Shown here one piece after another: positions 51,116-64,000 of a DNA stretch of 64,000 nucleotides. A model generated the notes under the pieces. The model did no database searches. It saw nothing but the letters and a program-made list of their open reading frames with translations, and was not told where the DNA came from. The translations under genes were made by a program, and so were the position numbers. Positions within the stretch are counted from its first letter, which is position 1. Every line of letters begins with the position of its first letter. This stretch comes from the human T2T-CHM13v2.0 reference genome, Homo sapiens. The stretch is from assembly GCF_009914755.1 (NCBI RefSeq), contig NC_060925.1. The stretch is one strand, 5' to 3'.

Positions 51116-51198
51116 TGCAGAATCCCAAGGCAATCAGAGATCTTGTAGATGTTAACATGCCCAGGCTATATGTCCGCTGGCAGCCCAGTTCCACATCC
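51116..51198 (-). pseudogene. TBC1D3-like coding exon 2
   Basis: ttcag|GCGTGLPADI*PGHVNIYKISDCLGIL(H)|gtgag, 83 nt. Confidence 0.85.
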
Positions 51199-51358
51199 CT
51201 GAAACCCAGAGGGAGCCAGGGTGAGGCATCCAAGGTAAAAGGTGCAAGGGCCTGGGGGTGTTGTCAACTTGTCACCACCTGTGCTCCTGGGGAGCCCAGG
51301 ACCCTTTGAGCAGGGCGCACTGGGAGAGGCCTCCGTCCAGGGAGCAGACTGACTGTAC

Positions 51359-51430
51359 CTGCTCATACTTGGTAATGATGTCCCCTCATTCCTGTGCCAG
51401 CAGGGTATCCACATTCTCTCCCATGTCCAT
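51359..51430 (-). pseudogene. TBC1D3-like coding exon 1
   Basis: MDMGENVDTLLAQE*GDIITKYEQ, 72 nt, donor GTACAG. TGA at 51388-51386. Acceptor reads TGG rather than YAG. Confidence 0.88.
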
Positions 51431-52744
51431 CCCATGAGACAAATCGTCCAAAGGTGACACTGTACCCGAGAGCTTCGGAGAACACCTGAGCCACTCCTGC
51501 CGGGCTCCCAGATGCTGGCGGTGTGTGACCCCCATTCCATCACCACCTCCAGGTGAAAAGGGGCCAGACACAGTGGCCCACACCTGCACGGGTCTCTGGA
51601 GTCTCAGGCCCCAAGCAGGAGTGCCTCCTTCCTAAGGACTTGAGAACAGTGGGACCTGGACAGAGAATCCCGTTGTCCCCAAATGCCATGAAATGGGAAC
51701 ATATCTGTCCCAACAGAATGAAAGGTGTCCACCTGCCGGGGGTGAAGAGCCTGTGATTCCAGAGATGTGGAGGCAGACTGGGGTCAGGGACCAGAGGTCT
51801 CTGTATGATCAGCCTCTTGGGATCGCTCAGAAACCACAAAGTTGCCCAGTTTTCTATGGACAACAAGATATCTCCTGACTTCCCAATTCTACTCCACTCA
51901 TCACTTGGGCTACCATGGCCCTTCAGTCTGACCAGTGAAGCCGCTTTAGGAATCATGCCAGTTGAGCAGGAAGGTGTTTGCTTTGGGGGAAGAAAATGAT
52001 CTATTGTCTCCAAAGCAGCCTCTGTGCTGGTGGAAACCATGACGCTGGGGGAGGGACGGTGGACTCCACAATTCTGAGCTATCCATACAGGGTGTGGGGG
52101 GCTTCATTTTCCCGGGTCACTGAGAAAGAACAGGAGAACTCTGGGTTCTTGGTCCTGGAGAACACCGAGATGAACGATTCCTCCTGGGACCACTCGGGGC
52201 AAAAGGGAGGCGAGGCCTCTGGAGGACCAAACTGAGAAAGAAATACTTGAAGAGAATGCCAGTGCCTGTACCACTTTGAACAGGAGGGAAGATAGTCTCC
52301 ATCCAGGCAGCCCTCCAGGGCTCCTTCATTTTCCACAACTGCCCAAAGGCAGAAGGCTCCCCATCCACTCCCAGACAGGGAACTGTGTGTGTCCAGTGGG
52401 TCCCACAGAGACCATCAGGACCCAGCTTAGGGCACAGAGGTATTCTGAGGCCCCTCCCCTCCACCCCACCCACAGTGGATCCATCCCAGCAGCTCTGCCA
52501 GGGCCAAGCTCTGCCCCATTGGGATCTGGAACCCTGGACACATTTGGGATTTAGGGCAGGGAGGTCACAGGGTTCAGGACTTAAGTCCAGCATGGCACAG
52601 GGCAGGGGTGAGAGCACAACCCAGGGTCACATCTGGATTCTTGGGGTTACCCAGTTACCGCCTCTCTGACCCCAGATGTCTCACCTGTCTAATGGGCACA
52701 TTTGGGAGCAGCACCCACCCTATGGAGCCACCATGAGGACGAAG

Positions 52745-53634
52745 GAAACATATCATTAAAAGATCAGAAATACAAAAAGGGATACCATTAAGAGTTCCTA
52801 CAGATACTGAAACAGTCATTAGGTAATAGTATTAACATTTTTATTCTGATATTCAACAGCAGCAGTCACTTCCCTCCACCCATATGTGTATCGTCTGCCT
52901 GGGCAGCACAGAACAGGCACCTGGTGAGTGCCCAGGGATGACCCTCCTCGGCAGCTGCCCAGAGGCCGGCACTACCCACCCCATAGCCACTGTCCCCAAG
53001 TCAGCATGAAGGGAAGGGAGAATGTCACACTCACCTGATTCTGATGAATTGGCTGGGCTGAGTTATGCCTCTCATGTAGCAAACTCTCATGAACACAGAA
53101 CTGCTCACAGATAGCACTGTGTGTGTGCAACTGCTCTGGAACACAGAGGCAGGCTGGAGGGCGAGCGGGTGCTCAGCACCAGTGACATTCTGAGGTCATG
53201 GCACACATCACAGTGGGGCCTTGCCTGGGTCATCAGGGCCCAGAGTCAGCGTCCTCCACTGCCTGAGGCGTCAACATGCCTGCATGCAATGTGTGCACGT
53301 GTGTGCACATGTGTATGTGGGTAAACACATCTGTGCACCTGTGTGTTGCTTCTCTGGCCAGGCCTGGCTGCCCCACTCATGTCTGCACCCAGTTCCTCAT
53401 CACTGTTACCCCCGAGGCCCAGGACCAGCATCAGAGCATCCATGGGTGCTCCCTAACTTCAGCCCTCCCCAACCAGGGTGGTCCTGGGATACACATAGGG
53501 GTGGAGGGAAGTTACTGTTGCTGTTGAATATCAGAATAAAAATGTTAATACTATTACCTAATGACCTTTCAGTATCTGTAGGAACTCTTAATGGTATCCC
53601 TTTTTGTATTTCTGATATTTTAATGATATGTTTC
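52745..53634. repeat. Inverted repeat, arms 52745-52892 and 53488-53634
   Basis: Hand alignment of the left arm to the reverse complement of the right arm gives about 6 differences in ~148 bp. Confidence 0.93.
53035..53180 (-). pseudogene. TBC1D3-like 5' non-coding exon (5' limit approximate)
   Basis: Minus strand ...GTGCTATCTGTGAGCAG...AATTCATCAGAATCAG|GTGAGT resembles the recalled TBC1D3 5'UTR end (...GATTCATCAGAATCAG). Strong donor at 53034. Confidence 0.75.
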
Positions 53635-53976
53635 TCTCCATGACCCTTGGTTATTCTAGGTAGAGGGTCCTGTGGGGAAAGTGCCTGGCACGCTGTAGGG
53701 GCTCACTCTTCTAGACATGTGATCTGAAATCTGGCTCACCTGTCCTTCCACCCAGGGCCTAGGGGATGCCGAGTTCCGGAGACCAGAAAGAGCTTGGGAT
53801 AAAAAGAAGGTTTAAGGGGAAGGCTTTGACCTGGGCTGGGTTTGCCTGCGCCATCCAAACCTGCAGGCTCGAGTCCTGAGACACAGGGGGTCCAGATATC
53901 CCAATGCAGGGCCCTCCTCATTAACACCTGCTCCCCTGTACTCATTAGTAACCTCACCCATCCTACCCTCAAAGCA

Positions 53977-55251
<1,275 letters not shown>

Positions 55252-55522
55252 AAACAGACCTGCTCACATTGTCCAGCTTTGAAGTCTTGGAAGAAGTTGC
55301 CACCAGGATGCAGGTAGGGGTCAATCTCCTCCAGGATCCAGAGAGCATATCAGCCAGCTTCAGGGTCAGGAAAGGAGCCTGACAGGTCTGCAGTAGGACG
55401 GGGCTGGGGCTGGCCGTGTGGATCACGTGGGCCTAATGAGGGGGAAAGTAAGACCATGGGGCAAAGGAGGGAGCATGGGGGCAGCTGGTGGCCTAAGCAG
55501 AAGGAACTTCAGAGAAGGGGTC

Positions 55523-55868
55523 TGCATTAGTTCATTTTCACACTGCTATAAAGAAATACCAGAGACTAGGTTATTTATAAAGGAAAGCAGCTAAATTGAC
55601 TCGCAGTTCAGGAAACTTCCAATCATGGCGGAAGGCGAAGGGGAAGCAGGCACCTTCTTCACAAGGCGGCGGGAGGGAGTGAGTGGAGAATGAGGAAGCT
55701 CCACATTTTAAAACCATCAGCTCTCCTGAGAACTCACTCACTATCAGGAGAACAGCATGGGAGAAACTGCCCCCAAATCCAATCCCCTCCCACCAGGTTC
55801 CTCCCTTGACACATGAGGATTACAGCTCAAGATGAGATTTGGGTGGGGACACAGAGTCAAACCTATCA
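55523..55868 (-). mobile_element. MST (MSTA-like) MaLR solo LTR
   Basis: tgcattagttcattttcacactgctataaagaa ... gatgagatttgggtggggacacag..aaacctatca. Confidence 0.88.
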
Positions 55869-57004
55869 GAGGCTCACTCTGTCTCGTGGCTCCCCCAGGG
55901 CTCAGGCTGAGTGCAGATCTGATCTGCTGGCCCTGCTCTACAGCACGCTGGGGCTCTGCCTGTGCATCCCCATCTGTGGCTTCCCGGCGTGGCGGCCTGT
56001 TCCCTCAAAAGGAGGGTGGCTCTGCTCTCCTGCCAGCCCCCTGCAGGGCACGATGGAGCCCTGGCCACGTCCTCCCAGGGTGAGGGCATGAAACTGGGCT
56101 CCTTGCCCTTCTTGCTGCTTGGGTGACAAGCTTTGGGTCATCCCTAGGTCCTGTCACTGTTCCTGCTTCTAAATGGAGAGCATTTTGCCACATCTTCCTG
56201 GGAGAGGCTGGGGGTTCGTCCTTGTTATTTGTTCTATCTTGGTAAAACCAGGTTAAGTTATCTGGGCAAGCAGACAATAGAGTGGCACCCAGGAAGGGTG
56301 GGGTGTAGGGTGCTGGCCTTTGGGCTTGCCTGGACCATGGTTGGAGGGGGGAAGGTTACCAGGAAGCAGGACTGTCAGGGCTAAAGTCAGGAGGAAGTGG
56401 TTATGCTGAGGGGGGAGGTGTGTGGCTGGCTTGGGGCAGGACGTAAGTAAGAGCCAAGCTCTGTCAGCTCACAGAGAGGGCCGCTGGCACCTAGTCTAGA
56501 GGCTGTGGAGCCCAGGGGTTGCCCTTAGTTCCTGGATCCAGGGAGACTTCTGGAGCCTGTGCCTATGGCTTTCAGGCACAGGGTGAAGCTGGTGAGGGCA
56601 GGGGGAAGGGTGAGAGAGGAGGCCTTGCATGGCAGGGCAGGACAGGAAGCTGGCCAGAGACCAGTTTGCAGTGGCTGCTCCCATCCTCACCCCCACCCCC
56701 AAGCACACCCCTACCCCAGCTGGGCCTGGGCACGTGTCCTCTGCTTTGGTCTCAGCAGATCACAAGATGGAAGCTGGCAGCCTAGTGGGCGTGCCACTCA
56801 AGCCAGTGGTGACCTGTGACTTCTGCTTCCTGGATCGTGGGGTGCCCACCCAGGAGAGCACAGGTATGCCCCACACCCCTGAACTTGAGGGCACTGGGAG
56901 GTGGGGGACCAATGTGCTCTATCCCTGTGTGTATGCCCTGAAAGGTGGCCTAGGAGTCCTGTGTGCGCCCATCCACGTGGGGTCCCAGGAGCTTCAACGG
57001 TGGC

Positions 57005-57212
57005 AGGGAGGGAGACGAGGAGGGAGAAAGAAGTGGAGAAGAAGGAGAGAGAAAGAGAGTTGGGGAGAAGAGAGTGAGACAGAAAGAGAGGAAGAGAGAT
57101 GGGGGAAGAAACAGAGAAAGAGAGATAGGGAGAGAGACAGAGGAGGCTGAGAGGAAGAGGAGAGAGAGATAGGGAGAGAGACATAAAAAGCAAAGAGAGA
57201 GACAGGGAGAGA
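57005..57212. repeat. Polypurine GA-rich tract
   Basis: ~200 bp almost purely G/A on plus strand. Confidence 0.9.
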
Positions 57213-58635
57213 GGTGCATGAGTAGGAGGTCGGGTCATTCTTGATCACAGTTCCAGGGCAACCTGTAGGTTGCCATTAACTAACCACACATATAATAAAG
57301 GCTTCTGCCTGCTGCTTACAGCCCTCAAGAACCTCTACTCCTGGAGACTAAAACCTTTGACGGCTGCCCTTCCTCACTGGATGTTTGTCGTGTCTTCTGA
57401 CGAACCGTGATGCCTCTTTGTAGGAATGGTATCAATAAAGAGCCAGATTTGAGGAGGAGAGTAACGTGAGGCATTCCAAACCATTTTCAGCTGAAAGGTC
57501 TTTAATTAAGGTTTCAAACTCTTTAGTAGTTGGATTGCTGGCGTCATCAGTGCTGGTGCCCTCCTCTTCTTTCTTTGATTCATTGTTTAAATCTGTTGAG
57601 GATTGAACAACTGTGAAGTTGACCTGAATAGCACCTTCACTCCTGACAGTCACATCTTGGTAACTGGATTATACCTATAATAAAGGAGGCAGATCAGAAC
57701 CACAGTCCTTCAGCTGGAGTACCCCAGCCCTGGGAAAACAGGTGTGCAGAGAATATGTGAATCCTTGGGATAAATGTGGTGCATCTTCCTAAAGAGACAT
57801 TTTCATGTTGAGTAATTTATTATTTTTGATACATTAATTAATAAATAAAACTCAGGGGACAGGCTTGCCTGGGAGGACTTAGCGAGTCTCACAGTGTCCT
57901 CAGGGTGCTGGGAATGTTGGCTTTGTTTCAAACCCATTTCCTTTCACAGAGAACCTAGCCATCACATGGGGCTGGATGAGGTCCAGGGGCAACTGAGGGT
58001 TCCTGGCCAAGGCCACACCCTAGTGTTACCTGTAGGCTTCTGAACTAACCCCAGCCTCTGACAGCCCAATGGGTGATGGCAACCGGGTCTCCAAGCTTCT
58101 TCTATCGCAATTTTCCTCTTCTTTTCATGACCACCATATCTCCTATCCACTCTCTGTATGCAATGCTGCAGGAATTTTTACAGTTCAGGGAAGTAATCCT
58201 GTTAGGCGAGATCAGGAAATGCCATAAGGGATTGCTGTTTTCTTGATTTTCTAGAAACAGAGGGCCTCCCCAACTGCCCCCAAACCCCCACCCCACTGCA
58301 GTGAGCATCTCTCTCTTTACCCTTGGTCTGGAGAGCACATGGTATTTCAAGGTCAAAATCGCCACCTAGCGGAGTAGGAATCCTCTCCATGAGGCACATT
58401 GTCAGCCCTTTGCAGAAACATTCCAGCTTCCCAATTCTCCCTTTTTGAACCCCTCTACTAGACACCAGGCTTTCTGCCCCTTCAGTAAATGGGAAAACTC
58501 AACGATGAGAAGGAAAATGTCCCCCAAAACCAAATTTTAATCTTGATACTGTCCCATCAGCAGGAAAACCACCATTCAGTCCTACGTTCTTTCAAGGCAC
58601 CAGAATATTCTGCCTCCAATTAAAATGGTACTTAG

Positions 58636-59237
<602 letters not shown>

Positions 59238-59691
59238 TTAATAAGTAGATTTTATGCCCGGAAGTTAACTGGAGCCACTACCTAAGAATAAATACTTTAG
59301 TATAGACCATAATAACAAACTGTAGAGCTCAAACCAGCACACTCCCTCCATTAAGGGGCCTTGCCCAAATGCAACTGTTACATAGTCCTCCCCAAGATCT
59401 ATCTATTGGGGAACCACACAGGTCACACAAGTCTAAGAAGTCAAAGGGAAATCACCAGCAGAGGACTAGAGTCACATGGATGAATGTGACTAATCCCTTT
59501 GCTTAGTTCCTCCGATTCCATGGCTGAGGGTCATATCTGCATTACTGGGCAGCACCTTTAACAGATGCCAGGGCTCAGGGAACCAAGGAAGGAAAAACAG
59601 TTGGGGGGTCGACCCCACTGTCTTCCCCTCCATCCTGAGCCATTGAAGGAGGGAGACCAAAGGGATGCCTTTTTCTTGCTTCTCTTTCTAG

Positions 59692-61180
59692 ATGGGTAAA
59701 GACCAACTTCAGCCTGTACTTCTCTGGAATGCATTCTGAATCACTGGGACTCCTTTGACCCCAAGACTTTGAAGGAAAAGCAGCTCATTTTCTTTTGCGC
59801 AAGGGCATGGCCTTCTTATCATCTTGAACCAGCCTGGCCTGTGGAGGGGAGCTTTGATTTTAATACTATCCAACAATTAGATCTTTTCTGCAGACAGGAG
59901 GGCAAATGGTCCGAGATCCCCTATGTACAAGCTTTCTTTGCCCTGCAAGACAACCCAGACCTTTGCAAGTGTTGCACAATTGACTCAACTTTTTTAGCAG
60001 TCATATCAGACAGGCCAAAAGGGAATGACTCCCCAAAACTAGAGAAGCAACTTCCAGGGGAACAATCTGAGGCAGCTATTGAGTGTCCAGGCCCTTGTTG
60101 TCCCCCTTCTCTGGGGCCCCCTCCAACCATGCCATTAGCTCCTTCAGCCCTACCACCTCTGAAACTCCCCACATCCCCCTACAGGAAATGCCCAGTGGAG
60201 GTGATGCCACTAAGGTTCAAGTTCCCTTCTAATTGCAGAACCTTAGGAAAATAAGGGAAGACTTAGGTCAATTTTCTGATGACCCTTATAGATACATAGA
60301 AGCTTTCCAAAATTTAACTCAGGTGTTTAGCTTCTCATGGAGGAATGTTATGCTGCTCCTAAACCAAACACTTACTACGGCTGAAAAACAAGCAGCTCTG
60401 AAGGCAGCAGAGAAATTCGGAGATGAGCAATATGTCTCCTATTGTAGGCCAAAAAGGGAAAGAGAAAATAGGGAAAGTGAAGAAAGGAAGAACGGAGAAC
60501 CATCATTCCCAATAGGAAGAAAGGCAGTAACTCCTGACAAACCTGATTGGAACCCCAGTGATACCACAGATGAATGGAAAAGGAAAACTTTTTAATGTGC
60601 ATATTGGAGGGCCTACAAAGAACTAGGGCCAAACACCTTAATTACTCTAAATTGTCCATGATAGGCCAAAAGCCAGATGAGAATCCTGCAGCCTTTATGG
60701 AAAGGCTGAGAGAGGCACTAATAAAACACACCTCCTTAACCCCTGATTCAGTCGAGGGACAGCTCATCCTAAAGGAGAAGTTTATTACACAAGCAGCTCC
60801 TGATATTAGAAGGAAACTGCAGAAGCAGGCTATAGGAACAGATAGTACCTTGGAGAACCTGTTGAGGGTAGCCAGCTTAGTTTTTTATAATAGGGATCAG
60901 GAGGAGGCCCAAGAGAAAGGAAGGAAGCACAAGAGAAGGACAGAGACTCTAGTAGCTGCTTTGCAGGCTTGCAAAGTCCAGGATCCCCGAGGTGCATATG
61001 CTAGTTGCTACTAATGTGACAAGTCGGGGCACTTTAAGAAGGAGCGCCCAGGCGGCAAGAAAAAACCATTTTGATCCTGTCCAGCCTGAGGCAGGGACCA
61101 CTGGAGAACGGACTGCCCCCAGAGACAGAGGTCACCAGGTTCAGAACCAGTTTCATAGATGGTCCAACAGGACTGATGGG
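59692..61180 (+). pseudogene. ERV gag remnant
   Basis: [83 protein letters not shown], degenerate CCHC. Confidence 0.92.
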
Positions 61181-61199
61181 TCTTGGGGTTCAAACCCCC

Positions 61200-64000
61200 A
61201 GATCCAGTAGCTTAAACTACCATTACAGCACAGGAGCCCTGAGTGATTCTGGAAATTGAAGGAAGGAAGGAAGGTGGACCTCCTTCTGGACACTGGAGCC
61301 AGATTCTCTCTTCTCTTCTCTGATCTAGGCTTCCCCTCTTCCCATAGCATAACTGTAAGCGTCTCAGGAAAGGTTCTGACCTGATATTTTTCTCAACCTC
61401 TTAGTTGTAGTTGGGGGGATCTATTATTTATGCACACCTTCTTAATCATAGCTGAAAGTCCCACCTCTTTACTAGGTAGAGACATTTCAGCTCGCATGGG
61501 GATCAACATCCTCATAGCCCCAGGACAAACACTTTTCTCCCCCTGGTGGAAGGTAATATGAATCCAGGATTGTGGGCAACTCAAGGAAGAATAGATTGAG
61601 CTGTAACTGCTAAGCCAGTTCAGTTCCACCTTAAGGATCCCACTTCTTTTCCTAACCAGAGACAATATCTCCTAAAGCCAGAGGCTAGCAAAGGGCTAGA
61701 AGCCCTTATTAATAACCTGAAGATGAGGGGCTTCCTCAAGCCCTCTAACAGCCCTTGCAATACCCCAATATTAGGAGTGCAAAAACCCAATGGGGAATGG
61801 AGACTGGTTCTAGACCTCTGCCTCATTAATGAGGCCATAGTCCCAATTCATCCAGTGGTCCCTAATCCCTATATCTTGCTGACTCAAATACCTGAAGGAA
61901 CTAAATGGTTCTCAGTCCTAGATTTAAAGGATGCCTTTTTCTGTATACCATTACATCCTGACTCACAATACCTATTTACCTTCAAAGATCCCTCCAGCCA
62001 AACTGCCCAGTTAACATGGATGGTGGTGCCTCAGGGATTTCGAGACAGTCCTCACTTGTTTGGACAGGCATTGTCAAAGGACCTTTCTGAGTTTTCCCAT
62101 CCTCAGGTTAGGATCTTGCAATATGTAAATAACATATTGCTCTGTACCCCAATTGAGGAAGCTTCTCAGGAAGGCACTGAAGCTCTTCTGAATTTCTTAG
62201 CCAAGAGAGGGCATAAGGTTTCAAACTCCAAGGCCCAGCTTTGCCAAACCTCAGTGAAGTACCTGGGTTTAGTGTGTCTGAAGGGACCAGAGCATTAGGG
62301 GAAGAAAGGATTAATCCCATTTCCTCCTTCCCCCTCCCCCAACCCTCAGGCAACTAAGAGGATTTCAGGGCATTAGAGGATTTTGCAGACCATGGATACC
62401 TGGGTACACTGAGATAGCTCGCCCTTTATATCACCTCATAAAAGAAACTTAAGTGGCTAAAGCTCATCTCCTGACCTGGGAACCTGAAGCTCAAAAGGCA
62501 TTTAGCCAGCTAAATCAAGCCTTACGTAAGGCACCTGCCCTCAGCCTTCCCACAGGGAGGGCCTTCAATCTTTATGTATCAGAAAGGAGGGAATGGCCCT
62601 GGGAGTTTTAATGCAAGCCTAAGGACCAGCTCAATAGCCAGTGGACTACCTGAGTAAGGAACTTGATTTTGTGGCTAAAGGATGGCCAGTATGCCTCTGA
62701 GCAGTTGCTGCTGTGGCCCTACTGGTATCAGATGCCACCAAATCAACCCTGGCAAATTACTTAACTATTTATACCCCCACATAATGTAGCAGAATTGCTG
62801 TCTTCTAGGGGAAGCCTTTAGCTAACAGACAGCTGGCTCTTTAAATATCAAGCTCTGCTGTTAGAAGGGTCTACAATCCAATTGAAAACTTGTCCTCACC
62901 TAAACCCAACCACTTTCCTCCCCGAGGAAACTGGGGAACCTGAACATGACTGTGAGCAAGTTGTGGTACAGACCTATGCAGCCAGGGAGGATCTCAGGGA
63001 CACTCCCCTACAAAATCCAGGCTGGACCCTTTTCATAGATGGAAGTTCCTTTGTAGAGCAAGGAGTCTGTAAGGCAGGATATGCAGTCATCACTCTGAAT
63101 GGTGTTTTTAAAGTGCATCCCTCTCTGCAGGCACAAGCACTCAACTAGCTGAACTAATAGCTCTTATAAGAGCACTTGAATTAAGGAAGGGAACAGTAGC
63201 TAATATTTACACTGCCTCCAAGAATGCTTTCTTAGTTCTCTATGCTTATGCTGCCATTTGGAAGGAAAAACACTTTCTTACTGCTAATGGATCTCCTATA
63301 AAATATCATCAGGAAATTAACAGGTTATTATCATCGGTTTTCCTTCCACAAGGGGTAGCAGCGATGCATTGTAAGGGACATCAGAAGGGAACAGATGAAG
63401 TAGCTGAAGGAAACATGTTAGCTCATCAGACAGCCAAGTCAGTGGCAAGGAAGCCTCAGGGCACAACACACTTGAAGCCGCTTGAATTTGGGAAGGCTCC
63501 GTAAGAGAAATGAAGCCTCAGTACTCCCCTGCAGAGATAGAATGGGCCACCTCTCGAAGGTACACTTTCCAGCCCTCAGGACCGTTGAAGTCAGAGGATG
63601 GAAAACTCCCCTTGCCAGCCTTCAGCCATTGGAAAGCCCTTAAAATCCTTCACCAAGCTTTTCACTTGGGAAAGGATATAACTGATCTGTGTGCCCAGAG
63701 ATCGTTTTCAGGAGAGAACTTATTAAAAACAGTCAAATAGGTTGTTAATGCTTGTGAAGTCTGCCTTAAAAACAATCCCCTCAACAGGCAGCTCCTTCCT
63801 CCTCAAACCCAAAGGATGGGAAGCTATCAAGGGGAAGACTGGCAGATAGACTTCACCCATATACCAAAGATGAAGGGCATCCAATACCTCCTAGTATGGG
63901 TAGATACTTTCACTAACTGGGTAGAGGCATTTCCATGCCGTACAGAAAAGGCCTCTGAAGTAATAAAAGGGTGAGTTAATGAAATAACTCCTCACTCTGG
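61200..64000 (+). pseudogene. ERV pro-pol remnant (PR, RT, RNase H, start of IN)
   Basis: LLDTGA 61283-61300; LDLKDAFF, PQGFRDSP, YVNN (for YVDD) 62122-62133; FIDGSS; HQAFH..CEVC; WQIDFTH. Confidence 0.93.

Noticed and set aside
52893-53487. Spacer of the inverted repeat being inverted relative to the pseudogene
   Set aside because: The 5' exon and its donor inside it are on the minus strand like the other exons, so at least that part is in normal orientation.
61723-62298. Intact reverse transcriptase
   Set aside because: Catalytic aspartates are lost and flanking pol has stops and frameshifts.

Overview
This is primate DNA, almost certainly human chr1q44, not a prokaryotic locus. (1) Bases 1-37878 are the AT-rich proximal part of SMYD3 intron 1 (minus strand). 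They contain about 30 Alus, old L1/MLT/MER/Tigger relics and two large minisatellites (47-bp x ~21 and 52-bp x ~30). (2) Bases ~37430-38300 are a CpG island holding SMYD3 coding exon 1 (38042-37879) and a promoter with three CCGCC units. (3) Bases ~39.3-53.9 kb hold a GC-rich, unprocessed TBC1D3/USP6/TBC1D26-family pseudogene on the minus strand. I could reconstruct its 5' non-coding exon and all 13 coding exons by hand. It carries many stops, a frameshift and lost splice sites. It keeps the TBC arginine finger and has about 0.96 kb of extra terminal-exon sequence compared with TBC1D3/USP6 as recalled. Its first exon is bracketed by a ~148-bp inverted repeat, and it ends ~1.3 kb upstream of the SMYD3 ATG in the same orientation. 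(4) Bases 54-64 kb contain a truncated L1PA, an MST LTR, an unidentified exon-like stretch and a decayed class I ERV (gag-pro-pol) running off the window. Family assignments come from recalled sequences, not database searches. Repeat boundaries are approximate. I cannot show that anything here is undescribed. The pseudogene and its architecture are the best candidates.
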